DNA of 64,000 nucleotides from the human T2T-CHM13v2.0 reference genome, Homo sapiens: NCBI GenBank assembly GCA_009914755.4, contig CP068257.2, positions 6,048,001 through 6,112,000 of the forward strand, written 5' to 3'. The position numbers and the translations under genes were made by a program. Positions within the stretch are counted from its first letter, which is position 1; the number at the start of each line of letters is the position of its first letter. The notes under the pieces are model-generated. The model did no database searches, was not told where the DNA came from, and saw only the letters and a list, made by a program, of their open reading frames with translations. This document shows positions 1-28,869 of this stretch, in pieces.

Positions 1-3000
1 GAATCTTGTGTATGCTCTGTGTATGGGGGCTTTGTGACATATCTCTGCACTGATCACCCAGGTGGTGTAACGCTTGACTAGGCTCTGCCTACGGGGCATA
101 GTGACATATAACTGCATTGGTCACCGAGGTGATGTAACTCTTGTCCAGGCTCTGCCTATTGGGGGGCTTGTGACATATCTCTGCACTGATCATCCAGGTT
201 ATGCAACTGTTGCTTACGCTCTGCATGCAGGGGCATTGTGACGTATCTCTGTACTGATCACCCAGGTGATGGGACTCTTCTCTAGGCTCTGCCTACTGGG
301 AGCATTGTCACATATTTCTGCACTCATCACCCAGGTGACGGATTCTTGTCTTGGATTTCCCTTTAGGGGCGTTGTGACATATCTCTGCACTGATCACCCA
401 GGTGATGTAACTCTGGTCTAAGCTCTGCCTAAAGAGACATTGTGACAGATCTCTCCACTGATCAATCAGGTGATGTAACTATTGTCTATGCTCTGCTTAA
501 AGGTGCCTTGTCACATATCTCTGCACTGATCACACAGGTGATGTAACTATTCCGTAGGCTCTGCTTACAGGGGGTGTTTTGACATATCTCTGCACTGATC
601 ACCTAAGTGATGTAACACATGTGTAGGCTCTGCCTACAGGGACATTGCAATGTATCTCTGCATTGATCACCTGGGTCATGTAACTCTTATCTAGGCTCTT
701 CCTACAGGGGCATTGTGATAAATCTCTGCAGTGATCACGCAGGTGATGTAACTCTTGTCTATATCTGCCTACTGGCGGCATTGTGGCATATTTCTGCACT
801 GATCACCCAGGTGATGGACTCTTGTCTTTGATCTGCCTATGGGGTCATAGTGACACATCTCTGCTCTGATCACTCATGTGATGTAACACTCGTCTATGCT
901 GCGCCTAAAGGGGAATTTTGACAGATATCTCCACTGATCACCCAGGTGATGTAACAAATTTCTGGGATTTGTCTACAGGGGGCTTTCTGACATATCTTTC
1001 CACTGATCACCCAGGAGATGTAACTCTTGTCTAGGCTCGGCCTACAGGGGCTTTGTGACATATTTCTGCAGTGATCACCCAGGTGATGTAACTGTTGTTT
1101 AGGCTCCACCTACAGGGGGTATTGTGACGTATCTCTGCACTGATCACCCAGGTGATGTAACATTTATGTAGGCTCTGCCTACAGGGGGGGTTTGACATAG
1201 CTCTGCACAGATCACCTAGGTTATGTAACTCTTGTCCACTCTTTGCCTACAGGGGGCATTGTGAAATACCTCTGCACTGATCACCCAGGTGATGGGACTC
1301 TTCTCTATACTCTGCCTAGAGGGGGATTTGTGACATATCTCTGCACTGATTACCCAGGTGATGGAAGTCTTGTTTAGGCTCTGTCTATTGGGGCATTGTG
1401 TCAAATATCTGCACTGATCACCCAGGTGATGTATCTCTTGTCTAGGCTCTGTCTACAGGGATTTTTGTGACATATCACTTCACTGATCACCTAGGTGATG
1501 TAAGCCTTGTATGGGCTTTGCGTACAGAAGGCTTTGTGACATATCTCTTCAATGATCTCTGAGGTGATGCAACTCTTCTCTAGGCACTGCCTACAGGGGA
1601 CATTGGTACACATTTCTGCACTGAGCACCCAGGTGATGGACTCTTGTCTTAGATCTGCCTACATGGACATTGTGACACATCTCTGAACTGATCAACCTAG
1701 TGATGAAACACTTGTCTAGACTCTTCCTACACGGGAATTCTCACATATCTCTCCACTGATCACCCAGGTGATGTAACTCCTGTCTAGCCTCTGCCTACAG
1801 GGGCTTTGTGACATATCTCTGCACTGATCACCCAGGTGATGGGATTTTGGCTAGGCTCTGCCTATGGGGGCATTGTGACATATCTCTACACTGATCACCC
1901 AGGTGATGTAACTCTTTTGTTGGATCTGCCTATGGGGGCATTGTGACATATTTATGCACTGATCACCCAGGTGATGGGACTCTTTTCTAGGCTCTGTGTA
2001 TGGGGGCTATGTGACGTTTCTCTGCACTGATCACCCAGGTGATGCAACACTTGACTAGCCTCTGCCTACGGGGCATAGTGACATATCACTGCATTGATCA
2101 CCGAGGGGATGTAACTCTTGTCCAGGCTCTGCCTATAGGGGACCTTGTGACATATCTCTGCACTGATCATCTAGGTGATGTAACTCTTGCTTACACTCTG
2201 CCTTCAGGGGCATTGTGAAATATCTCTGCACTGATCACCCAGGTGATGGGACTTTTCTCTATGCTCTGCCTACTGGGGGCATTGTCACATATTTCTGCAC
2301 TGATCACTCAGGTGACAGACCCTTGTCTTGGATTTGCCTATGTGGGCATTGTGACATATCTCTGCACTGATCATCCAAGTGATGTAAATATTGTCTAGGA
2401 TCTGCCTAAAGGGACTTTGTGACATACCTCTACACTGATCCTCCAGGTGATGAGACTTTTGTCTAGGCTCTGCCTAAGGGGGCATTGTGACATATTTCTG
2501 CACTGATCACCCAGGTGACGGACTCTTGTGTTGGATCTGCCTATGGGGGCATTGTGACATATCTCTGCACTGATAACCCAGGTGATGTAACTTTTGTATA
2601 AGCTCGGCCTACAGGGGAATTGTGAGAGATCTCGCCACTGATCACCCAAGTGATGTAACGATAGTCTAGGCTTTACCTGCAGGGGGCTTTGTGACATACC
2701 TTTGCACTGATCTCCCAGGTGATGTAACTCATCTAAGTTCTGCCTACAGGAGCTTTATGACATATCTCTGCACTGATCATTTAGGTGATGTAACACTTTT
2801 ATAAGCATTGCCTAGAGGGAATTTAGGCAAATCACTGCACTGATCACCTAGGAGATGTAACTCTTGTCTACCCTCTTCCCAAAGGGGGCATTGTGTAATA
2901 TCTCTGCACGGATCTCCCAAGTGATTCAATTCTTGTCTAGGATCTGTCTGGGTATTTTGAAATATCTCTGCAGTGATCAACTAGGTGATGTAACTCTTGT

Positions 3001-6000
3001 CAAGGCTCTGCCTACACTGTCGTTTTTACATATCCCTGAACTGATGACAAAGGTGATGTAACTCTTGCCTAGGCTTTGCCTACAGGAGACATTGTGATAT
3101 ATCTCTGCACTGCTCACCCAGGTGATGCAACTCTTCTCTATTATCTGCCTACAAGCGACATTGAGAAATATCTCTGCACTGATCACCCAGGTGTTAGAAC
3201 TCTTTTCTAGTCTCTGCCTGCAGATGGCGTTGTGACATCACTCTGAACGGATCACCCGGGTAAAGTAACTCTTGTCTAGGCTCTGCCTACGGGGGCATAG
3301 TGCCTTATATCTGCAGTGATCACCTAGGAGATGTGACTCTTGTCTAAGCTCTGCCTAGAGGGACATTGGGATGTATCTCTGCACTGATCGCTGAGGTGAT
3401 GTAAAACTTGTCTAGGCTTTGCCTACAGTGGGATTTATGACATGTCTCTTCACTGATCACCCAGGTGATGTAACTCTTGTCTAGGCTCAGCTTACAAGGG
3501 GTATTGTGAGACATCTCTGCACTGATCACCCAGGTGATATAACTCTTGTCTAGGCTCTGCCTACAGGGGTATTTTAAGATGTCACTGCATTGATTACCGA
3601 CATGATGGAACACTTGTATATGCTTCGCCGACAGGGGTCATGGAGACATGTCTGTGCACTGATCACCGAGGTGATGCAACTCCATTCTTGGATCTGCTTA
3701 CAGGGGGCATTGTGACATATCTCTGCCGTGATCACCCAGGTAATGTAACTCTTGTCTAGGCTCTTCCTACTGGAGACATTGTGAGTTATCTTCACACTGA
3801 TCACCCAGGTGTTATCACTTTTGTCTAGGATACGGCTACAGGGACATTGTGACATGTCACTGCACTGATCACACAGCTGATGTAACTCTTGTATAGGCTC
3901 TGGCTACAGGGTGCTTGTGACACATCTCTGCACTGATCACCCAGGTGATGTAACCCTTGTCTAGGCTCTGCCAAAAGGGGGCATTGTGACATAACTCTGT
4001 ACTGATCAACCAGGTGATGGGACTCTTGTCTAGACTATGCCTATAGGGGCATTGTGACATAGCTCTGCAGTGATCATGCAGGTGATGTAACTCTTGTATA
4101 TATCTGCCTACTGGCATCATTGTGGCATATTTCTGCACTGATCACCCAGTTGATAGACTCTTGACTTGTGTCTGTGTATGGGGGCATAGTGACATATCTC
4201 TGCACTGATCACTCATGTGATGTGACGCTTGTCTAAGCCTCGCCTAAAGGGGAATTGTGACAGATATCTCCACTGATCACCCAGGTGATGGACTGTTGTC
4301 TTGGATCTGTCTATGGGGGCATAGTGACATATCTCTTCACTGATCACTCATGTGATGTAACGCTTGTCAAATCTGCACCTAAAGGAGAATTGTGACAGAT
4401 ATCTCCACTGATCACCCAGGTGATGTAACAATTTTGTGGGATTTGTCTACAGGGGGCTTTGTGACATATCTTTGCACTGATCACCCAGGAGATGTAACTC
4501 TAGTCTAGGCTTGGTCTACAGGGTCTTTGTGACATATTTCTGCACTGATCACTTAGGAGATGTAACTCTTGTTTAGGCTCTCCCTACAGAGGCTTTGTGA
4601 CATATTTCTGTACTGATCACCCAGGTGATGTAACACTTGTCTAGGCTCCACCTACAGGCCGTATTGAGACGTATCACTGCACTGATCACCAAGGTGATGT
4701 AACTCTTTTCTAGGCTCCACCTACAATGTGTATTGTGATGTATCTCTGTACTGATCACCCAGGTGATGTAACATTTATCTAGGCTCTGCCTACTGGGGCG
4801 TTTTGACTAGCTCTGCACAGATCACCTAGGTTATGTAGCTCTTGTCCACTCTCTGCCTACAGGGGGCATTGTGAAATATCTCTGCACTGATCACCCAGGT
4901 GATGGGACTCTTCTCTATACTCTGCCTAGAGGGGGATTTGTGACATATCTGTGCACTGATCACCCAGGTGATGGAAATCTTGTCTAGGCTCTGTCTATGG
5001 GGGCATTGTGTCAAATATCTGCACTGATCACCCAGGTGATGTAACTCTTTTCTAGGCTCTGTCTACAGTGATTTTTGTGGCATATCACTTCACTAATCAC
5101 CTAGGTGATGTAAGACTTGTGTGGGCTTTGCCTACATAAGGCTTTGTGACATGTCCATGCACTGAACTCTGAGGTGATGCAACTCTTGTCTAGTCACTGC
5201 CTATAGGAAACATTGGTACATATCTCTGCACTGATCAACCAGGTGATGGACACTTGTCTTAGATCTGCCTACATGGACATTGTGACAAATCTCTGATCTG
5301 ATCAACCAAGTGATGAAACTCTTGTCTAGTCTCTGCCTTTAGTGGCTTTGTGACACTACTCTGCATGGATCACCCTGGGGAGGGAACACTTGTCTACATT
5401 CTGCCTACAGGAGGCTTTATGACTTATACCTGCACTGATAACCTAGGTGACATAACACTTGCCTAGACTCTGCCTACAAGGGAATTCTCACATATCCCTG
5501 CACTGATCACCCAGTTGATGTAAGTCATTTCTAGTTTCAGCCTACAGGAGCGTTTGGACATATCTCTGCACTGATCACCGTGGTGATGTAACCCTTCTCT
5601 AAGCTCTGCCTACAGGGGCATTGTGACCGATCTCTCCACTGCTCACCCAGGTGATGTAACAATTGTCTGGACTTTGCCTACAGGGGGCTTTGTTATATAC
5701 ATTTCTAATGATCAAACAGGTGATGGAACCCTTGTCAAGGTTCTGCTTACAGGGGCTTTGTGACATATCTCTGCACTGATCACCCCAGGGAGGAAACACT
5801 TGTCTACACTCTGCCTACAGGAGGCTTTACGACTTAACCCTGCACTGATCCCTAGGTGATGTAACACTTGTCTAGGCTCTGTCTACACGGGAATTTTCAC
5901 ATATCTCTACACTGATCACCTAAGTGATGTAACCCTTGCCTAGGTTCAGCCTACTGGGGATTTCTGACATACCTATGCACTGATCACCGAGGTGATGTAA

Positions 6001-6149
6001 ATCATTTCCAGGCTTTTTGTACAGGGGACATTGTGATATATCTCTGCACTGATCACGGAAATGATGCAAATCTTCTCTAGGCTCTGCAGGGAGGGGGCAT
6101 TGTGACATATTTCTGAACTGATCGTCCAAGAGATGTAACTATTTGCCAG

Positions 6150-6150
<1 letters not shown>
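1..6150 (+). repeat. Beta-satellite (68-bp Sau3A family) tandem array, orientation A (monomer readable as ...CTGATCACCCAGGTGATGTAAC... on the + strand). The last ~850 bp (5300-6150) is the conserved flank abutting the DUX4L 3' side.
   Basis: Contiguous ~68-bp monomers, each with GATC, ~80-90% mutual identity. Higher-order recurrence: 599-799 resembles 3869-4138 and 1216-1404 resembles 4826-5014, giving a period of ~3.3-3.6 kb. Confidence 0.85.
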
Positions 6151-8661
<2,511 letters not shown>

Positions 8662-8662
<1 letters not shown>

Positions 8663-10204
8663 ATCTCTGAACTGATCAACACTGTGATGTAACACTTGTC
8701 TAGGCTCTGCCTACAGGGGCTTTGTGACATATCTCTTCACTGATCACCCAGGTGATGTAACCCTTGAGTTGGATCTGCCTATGGGGGCATTGTGAAATAT
8801 TTCTGCAATGGTAACCCAGGTGATGGGATTCTTGCCTAGGCTCTGTGTATGGGGGCTTTGTGACATATCTCTGCACTGATCACCCAGGTGATGGGACTTT
8901 TGTCTAGGCTCTGCCTATGGGGGCATTTTGACATATCTCTACACTGATCACCCAGGTGACGTAACCCTTGTGTTGGATCTGCCTATGGGGGCATTGTGAC
9001 ATATCTCTGCACTGATCACCCAGGTGATGTAACGCTTGACTAAGCTCTGCCTATGGGACATATAGACATATCACTGCATTGATCACCGAGGTGTTGTAAC
9101 TCTTGTCCAGGCTCTGCCTATAGGGGGCCTTGTGACATATCTCTGCACTGATCATCTAGGTGATGTAACTCTTGCTTACGCTCTGCCTGCAGGGTCATTG
9201 TGAAATATCTCTGCACTGATCACCCAGGTGATGGGACTATTGTCTAGGCTCTGCCTGTGGTGGCATTGTGACATATCTCTGCACTGATCACCCAGGTGAT
9301 GTAACTGTTGTATAAGCTCTGCCTACAGGGGAAGTGTGACACATCTCTGATCTGATCAACCAAGTGATGAAACTCTTGTCTAGGCTCTGCCTATAGGGGC
9401 TTTGTGACACATCTCTGCACTGATCACCCTGGGGAGGGAACTCTTGTCTACACTCTGCCTACAGGAGGCTTTATGACTTATACCTCCACTGATAACCTAG
9501 GCGATGAAACACTTGTCTAGGCTCTGCCTACACGGGAATTCTCACATATCTCTGAACAGATCACCCGGGTGATGTAACTCCTCTCTAGGTTCAGCCTACA
9601 GGAGCGTTTTGACATATCTCTGCACTGATCACCCAGGTGATGTAACCCTTGTCTAAGCTCTGCCTACAGGGGCATTGTGACAGATCTCTCCACTGCTCAC
9701 CCAGGTGATGTAACAATTGTCTGGACTTTGCCTACAGGGGTATTTGTGATATACATTTCCACTGATCAAACAGGTGATGTAACCCTTGTCAAGCTTCTGT
9801 TTACAGGGGCTTTGTGACATATCTCTGCACTGAACGCCCCAGGGAGGAAACACTTTTCTACCCTCTGCCTACAGGAGGCTTTACGACTTATCCCCGCAGT
9901 GATCACTAGGTGATGTAACACCTGTCTATGCTCTGTCTACACGGGAATTTTCACATATCTCTACACTGATCACCTAAGTGATGTAACCCTTGTCTAGGTT
10001 CAGCCTACTGGGGATTTCTGACATACCTATGCCCTGATCACCGAGGTGATATAAATCATTTCCATGCTTTTTGTACAGGGTACATTGTGATATATCTCTG
10101 CACTGATCAGCCAAACAATGCAAATCTTCTCTAGACTCCGCAGGGAGGGGGCATTGTGATATATTTCTGAACTGATGATGCAGAAGATGTAACTATTCTC
10201 CAGG

Positions 10205-10205
<1 letters not shown>
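8662..10205 (+). repeat. Beta-satellite block, orientation A, 1.5 kb. It is the E1 5' flank joined directly to the conserved DUX4L 3' flank.
   Basis: 68-bp monomers. 8700-9340 matches 13020-13650 and the start of the window. 9340-10205 matches 5300-6150 and includes the duplicated variant monomers CCCTGGGGAGGGAAC (9425) and CCCCAGGGAGGAAACAC (9835). Confidence 0.85.
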
Positions 10206-12984
<2,779 letters not shown>

Positions 12985-12985
<1 letters not shown>

Positions 12986-15900
12986 TGACATATCTCTGAA
13001 CTGATCAAAAAAGTGATATAACTCTTGTTTAGGCTCTGCCTACAGGGGCTTTGTGACATATCTCTGCCCTTATCACCCAGGTGATGGGACTTCTGTCTAG
13101 GCTTTGCCTACGGGAGCATTGTGACATATCTCTACACTGATCACCCAGGTGATGTAACTCTTGTGTTGGATCTGCCTGTGGGGGCACTGTGACATATGTC
13201 TGCACTGATCACCCAGGTGATGGGATTCTTGTCTAGGCTCTGTGTACGGGGGCTTTGTGACATATCTCTGCACTGATTATCCAGGTGGTGTAACGCTTGA
13301 CTAGGCTTTGCCTACGGGGCATAGTGACATATCACTGCATTGATCACCGAGGTGATGTAACTCTTTTCCAGGGTCTGCCTATAGGAGGCCTTGTGACATA
13401 TCTCTGCACTGATCGTCTAGGTGATGTAACTCTTGCTTACGCTCTGCCTGCAGGGGCATTGTGAAATATTTCTGCACTGATCACCCAGGTGATGGGACTC
13501 TTTTCTAGGCTCTACCTACTTGTGGCATTGTCACATATTTCTGCACTGATCACCCAGGTGACAGACTGTTGTGTTGGATTTGTCTATGGGGGCATTGTGA
13601 CATATCTCTGCACTGATCACACAGGTGATATAACACTAGTCTAAGATCTGCCTAAAGGGGCATTGTGACAGATCTCTGCACTGATCACTCAGGTGATGTA
13701 ACTATTGTATAGGCTCTGCTTAAAGGGGCCTTGTCAAATATCTCTGCACTGTTAACCGAGGTGATGTTACTCTTGTCTAGGCTGTGCCCACAGTGGGATT
13801 GAGACATATCTCTGCACTGATCCCGAGGTGATCAAACTCTTGCCTGGTCTCTGCCTACTGGGGAAATTGTGACATATCTCTACACTGATCTCCCAGGTGC
13901 TGTAACTTTAATCTAGGCTCTGGCTACAGGACATTGGGATATATCACTGCACTGGTCACCCAGGTGATATAACTCTTGTCTAGGCTCTGCCTATAGGGGG
14001 CTTTTGACATATCTCTGCACTGAATACCCAGGTGATATAACTCTACTCTAGGATGTGCCTACAGGGTGCTTTGTGACATACCTTTGCACTGATCACCCAG
14101 GTGATGTAACTCATCTAAGTTCTGCCTACAGGAGCTTTGTGACATATCTCTGCACTGAACACTTATGTGATGTAACCCTTTTATAAGCACTGCCTACAGG
14201 GAATTTTGTCAAGTCTCTGCACTGATCACCTAGCTGATGTAACTCTTGTCTACCCTCTGCCAAAAGGGGGCATTGTGAAATATCTCTGCAATGATCACCC
14301 AGGTGATTCAACTCTTGTCTAGGATCTGCCTACAGGGGGTATTGTGAAATATCTCTGCACTGATCAACTAGGTGATGTAACTCTTGTCTAGGCTCTGCCT
14401 ACAGTGGCGTTTTCACATATCCCTGAACTGATGACAAATGTGATGTAACTCTTGCCAAGCCTTTGCCTACAGGGGACATTGTGACATATCTCTGCACTGA
14501 TCACCCAGGTGATGCAACTCTTCTCTATGCTCTGCCTGCAGGGGACATTGTGACATATCTCTGCACTGATCTCCCAGGTGATGTAACTATTTTCTAGTCT
14601 CTCCCTACAGAGGGCATTGTGACATCACTCTGCACGGATCACCCGGGTTGTGTAACTCTTGTCTAGGCTCTGCCTATGGGGGCATTGTGACTTATCTCTG
14701 CACTGATCACCTGGCAGATGTGACTCTTGTCTAAGCTCTGCCTAGAGGGACATTGGGTCATATCTCTGCAATGATGGCTGAAGTGATGTAAAACTTGTCT
14801 AGGCTTTGCCTACAGTGGGATTTATGACATATCTGTGCACTGATCACCCAGGTTATGTAACTCTTGTCTAGGCTCTGCTTACATTGGGTATTGTGAGATA
14901 TCTCTGCACTGATCACCCAGGTGATGTAACTCTTGTCTAGGCTCTGCCTACAGGGGCATTTTAACATATCACTGCAGTGATCACCGAGATGATGTAACTC
15001 TTGTATAGGCTTCGCCTACAGGGGGCATTGTGACATATCTCTGACCTGATCAACCAGGTGATTGATGTAACTCTTGTCTAGGCTCTGCCTACTGGAGTCA
15101 TTGTGACATATCTCCGCACTGATCACCCAAGTGATGTCACCTTAGTCAAGGATATGGCTACAGGGACTTTGTGACATGTCACTGCACTGATCACACAGCT
15201 GATGTAACCCTTGTCTAGGCTCTGGCTACAGGGGGCTTCTGACACATCTCTGCAGTGATCTCCCATGTGATGTAACCTTTTTCTAGGCTCTGCCAAAAAG
15301 GGGCATTGTGACATAACTCTGCACTGATCATCCAGGTAATGGGACACTTATCTAGGCTATGCCTACCCGGGCATTTGGACATATCTCTGCAGTGATCACA
15401 CAGGTCATGTAACTATTTTCTATATCTGCCTACTGGCGGCATTGTGGCATATATCTGCACTGATCACCCAGGTGATGGACTCGTGTGTTGGATCTGCCTA
15501 TAGGGTCATAGTGACATATCTCTGCACTGATCACTCATGAGATGTAACACTAGTCTAAGCTGCGCCTAAAGGGGAATTTTGACAGATATCTCCACTGATC
15601 ACCCAGGTGATGTAACAATTTTCCGGGATTTGTCTCCAGGGGGCTTTGTGACATATCTTGGCACTGATCACCCAGGAGATGTAACTCTTGTCTCGTCTTG
15701 GCCTACATGGACGTTGTGACATATTTCTACGCTCATCACCCAGGTGATGTAACTCTTGTCTAGGCTCCACATACAGGGGGTATTGTGACGTATCTCTGCA
15801 CTGATCACCCAGGTGATGTAACGTTTATCTAGGCTCTGCCTAGAGGGGCGTTTTGACATACCTCTGCACAGGTTATGTAACTCTTGTCCACTCTCTGCCT

Positions 15901-16519
15901 ATAGGGGGCATTGTGAAATATCTCTGCACCGATCACCCAGGTGATGGGACTCTTCTCTATACTCTACCTAGAGGGGGATTTGTGACATATCTCTGCACTG
16001 ATCACACAGGTGACGGAAGTCTTTTCTAGGCTCTGTGTATGGGGGAATTGTGTCAAATATCTGCAATGACCACCCAGGTGATGTAACTCTTTTCTAGGCT
16101 CTGTCTATGGGGATTTTTGTGACATATCACTGCACTGATCACCTATGTGATGTAAGCCTTTTATGAACTTTGCCTACAGAAGGCTTTGTGACATATCTAT
16201 GCACTGATCTCTGAGGTGATGCAAGTCTTGTCTAGGCACTGCCTACAGGGGACATTGGTACATATCTCTGTACTGATCACCCAGGTGATGGAATGTTGTC
16301 TTAGATCTGCCTACATGGACATTGTGACAAATCTCTGAACTTATCAACCAAGTGATGAAAGTCTTGCCTAGGTTCTGCCTAGGGGGGCTTTGTGACACAT
16401 TTCTGCACTGATCACCCTGGAGAGGAAACTCTTGTCTACACTCTGCATACAGGAGGCTTTATGACTTATACCTGCACTGATAACCTAGGTGATGTAACAC
16501 TTGTCTAGGCTTTGCCTAC

Positions 16520-16520
<1 letters not shown>
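12985..16520 (+). repeat. Beta-satellite block, orientation A, 3.5 kb.
   Basis: 68-bp monomers. 13240-13760 matches 1-540; 14080-14540 matches 2700-3150. The same higher-order pattern appears in block 1. Confidence 0.85.
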
Positions 16521-23663
<7,143 letters not shown>

Positions 23664-23664
<1 letters not shown>

Positions 23665-25718
23665 AAGCCTGGAGAATAGTTACATCTTCCTGGATGATCA
23701 GTTCAGAAATATGTCACAATGCCCCCTCCCTGCGGAGCCTAGAGAAGATTTGCATCATTTGGGTGATCAGTGCAGAGATTTATCACAATGTCCCCTGTAC
23801 AAAATGCCTGGGAATGATTTACATCACCTCGGTGATCAGTGCATAGGTATGTCAGAAATCCCCAGTAGGCTGAACCTAGACAAGGGTTACATCACTTAGG
23901 TTATCAGTGTAGAGATATGTGAAAATTCCCGTGTAGACAGAGCCTAGACAGGTGTTACACCACCTAGGGATCAGTGCCGGGATATGTCATAAAGCCTCCT
24001 GTAGGCAGAGTGTAGACAAGTGTTTCCTCCCTGGGGTGATCAGTGCAGAGATATGTCACAAAGCCCCTATAAGCAGAACTTTGACAAGGGTTACATCACC
24101 TGTTTGATCAGTGGAAATGTATATCACAAAGACCCCTGTAGGCAAAGCCCAGACAATTGTTACATCACCTGGGTGAGCAGTGGAGAGATATGTCACAATG
24201 CCCCTGTAGGCAGAGCTTAGACAAGGGTTACATCACCTGGATGATCAGTGCAGAGATATGTCAAAACGCTCCTGTAGGCTGAACCTAGACAGGAGTTACA
24301 TCACCCAGGTTATCAGTGCAGAGATATGTGAGAATTCCAGTGTAGGCAGAGCCTAGACAAGTGTTATATCACCTAGGTTATCAGTGCAGGTATAAGTCAT
24401 AAAGCCTCTTGTAGGCAGAGTGTAAACCAGAGTTCCCTCCCCAGGGTGATCAGAGCAGAGATGTGTCACAAAGCCCCTGTAGGCAGAGCCTAGACAAGAG
24501 TTTCATCACTCAGTTGATCAGTTCAGAGATGTGTCACAATGTCCATGTAGGCAGATCTAAGACAAGTGTCCATAACATGGGTGATCTGAGCAGAGATATG
24601 TACCAATGTCCCCTGCAGCCAGTGCCTAGACAAGAGTTGCATCACCTCAGAGATCAGTGCATAGATATGTCACAAAGCCTTCTATAGGTAAAGCTCATAC
24701 AAGGCTTACATCACCTGGGTGATCAGTGCAGAGATATTTCACAATGTCCCCTGTAGGCAGAGAGTGGAAAAGAGTTAGATAACCTAGGTGATCTTTGCAG
24801 GGCTATGTCAAAACGCCCCTGTAGGCAGAGCCTAGATAAATATTACATCACCTGGGTGATCAGTGCAGAGATAGGTTCCAATACCCCATGTAGGTGGAGC
24901 CTAGACAAGAGTTACATCACCTGGGTGATCAGTGCAGAGATATGTCACAAAGCCCCTGTAGGCCGAGCCTAGACAAGCGTTACATCACGTGGGTGATCAG
25001 TGCAGAGATATCTCACAATATCCCCTGTAAGCAGAGTCTAGACCAGAGTTACATCACGTGGGTGATCAGTGTAGAGATGTGTCATAAATCCCACTGTATG
25101 CAAACCCTAGACAAGTTTTACATCACCTCAGCGATCAGTGCAGAGATATGTCCCAGTGTCCCTCTTGGCAGAGCTTAGACAAGAGTCACATCTCCTGGGT
25201 GATCAGTCCAGAGATAAGTCACAATGCCCCCATAGACAGGCCTAGACAAGAGTTATATAACCCGAGTGATCCTCAGTGCAGAGATATGTCACTATGCCCC
25301 CATAGGCAGATCCAAGACAAGAGTCCATCACCTGGGTGCTCACTGCAGAAATATGCCACAATGCTGCCATTGGGCAGATATAGACAAGAGTTACATCACC
25401 TGCGTGATCACTGCAGAGATATGTCACAATGCCCCTGTAGGCAGAGCCTAGACAAGTGTCCCATCACCTGGGTGATCAGTGCAGAGTTATGTCACAATGC
25501 CCCCTTTTGGCAGAGCCTAGACAAGGTTTACATCACCTGGGTGATCAGTGCAGAGATGTGTCACAAGCCCCCTGTAGCCAGAGACTAGACAAGTGTTACA
25601 TCAGCTGTGTGATCAGTGCAGTGACATGTCACAGTGCCCCTGTAGCCATATCCTTGACAAAAGTGACATCACTTGGGTGATCAGTGCGCAGATATGTCAC
25701 AATGTCTTCAGTAGGCAC
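23664..25718 (-). repeat. Beta-satellite block, orientation B, 2.05 kb (conserved DUX4L 3' flank plus continuation).
   Basis: Matches 34298-36300, 41155-43200, 48673-50700 and 61914-64000, including the variant monomers at 24020 and 24430. Confidence 0.85.
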
Positions 25719-25735
25719 TGATCACCCCAGGGAGG
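25700..25735. other. Inversion breakpoint inside beta-satellite, B orientation to A orientation.
   Basis: ...GATCAGTGCGCAGATATGTCACAATGTCTTCAGTAGGCA | CTGATCACCCCAGGGAGGAAACACTTTTCTAC... Confidence 0.8.
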
Positions 25736-26092
25736 AAACACTTTTCTACGCTCTGCCTACAGGAGTCTTTACGACTTATCCCTGAACTGATCACTAGGTG
25801 ATGTAACACTTGTCTAGGCTCTGTCTACACGGGAATTTTCACATACCTCTGCACTGATAACCTAAGTGATGTAACCCTTGTCTAGGTTCAGCCTACTGGG
25901 GATTTCTGACACACGTATGCACTGATCAGCGAGGTGACATAAATCATTTCCAGGCTTTTTTTGCAGGTGATATTGTGAAATATCTCTGCACTGATCACCC
26001 AAATGATGCAAATCTTCTCTGGGCTCCGCAGGGAGGGGCATTGTGACATATTTCTGAACTGATCATCCAGGAGATGTAACTATTCTGCAGGC

Positions 26093-26093
<1 letters not shown>
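25718..26093 (+). repeat. Beta-satellite, orientation A, 0.38 kb. It is a truncated conserved 3' flank of E5 and begins at the inversion breakpoint.
   Basis: The orientation switch lies at ...CAGTAGGCA|CTGATCACCCCAGGGAGGAAACAC. This sequence matches 5780-6150, 9835-10205 and 32025-32394. Confidence 0.8.

Positions 26094-28868
<2,775 letters not shown>

Positions 28869-28869
<1 letters not shown>

Noticed and set aside
599-5799. Dozens of 60-170-aa ORFs in the six-frame track inside satellite blocks, for example 599-799, 894-1109 and 29931-30455 (174 aa).
   Set aside because: Their translations are the same 22-23-aa peptide period (ITWVISAEICHNAPCRQSLDKSY...) repeated. They follow the 68-bp monomer phase on both strands and come from a stop-poor tandem repeat. 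They have no start context and no non-repetitive domain, so they are not genes.
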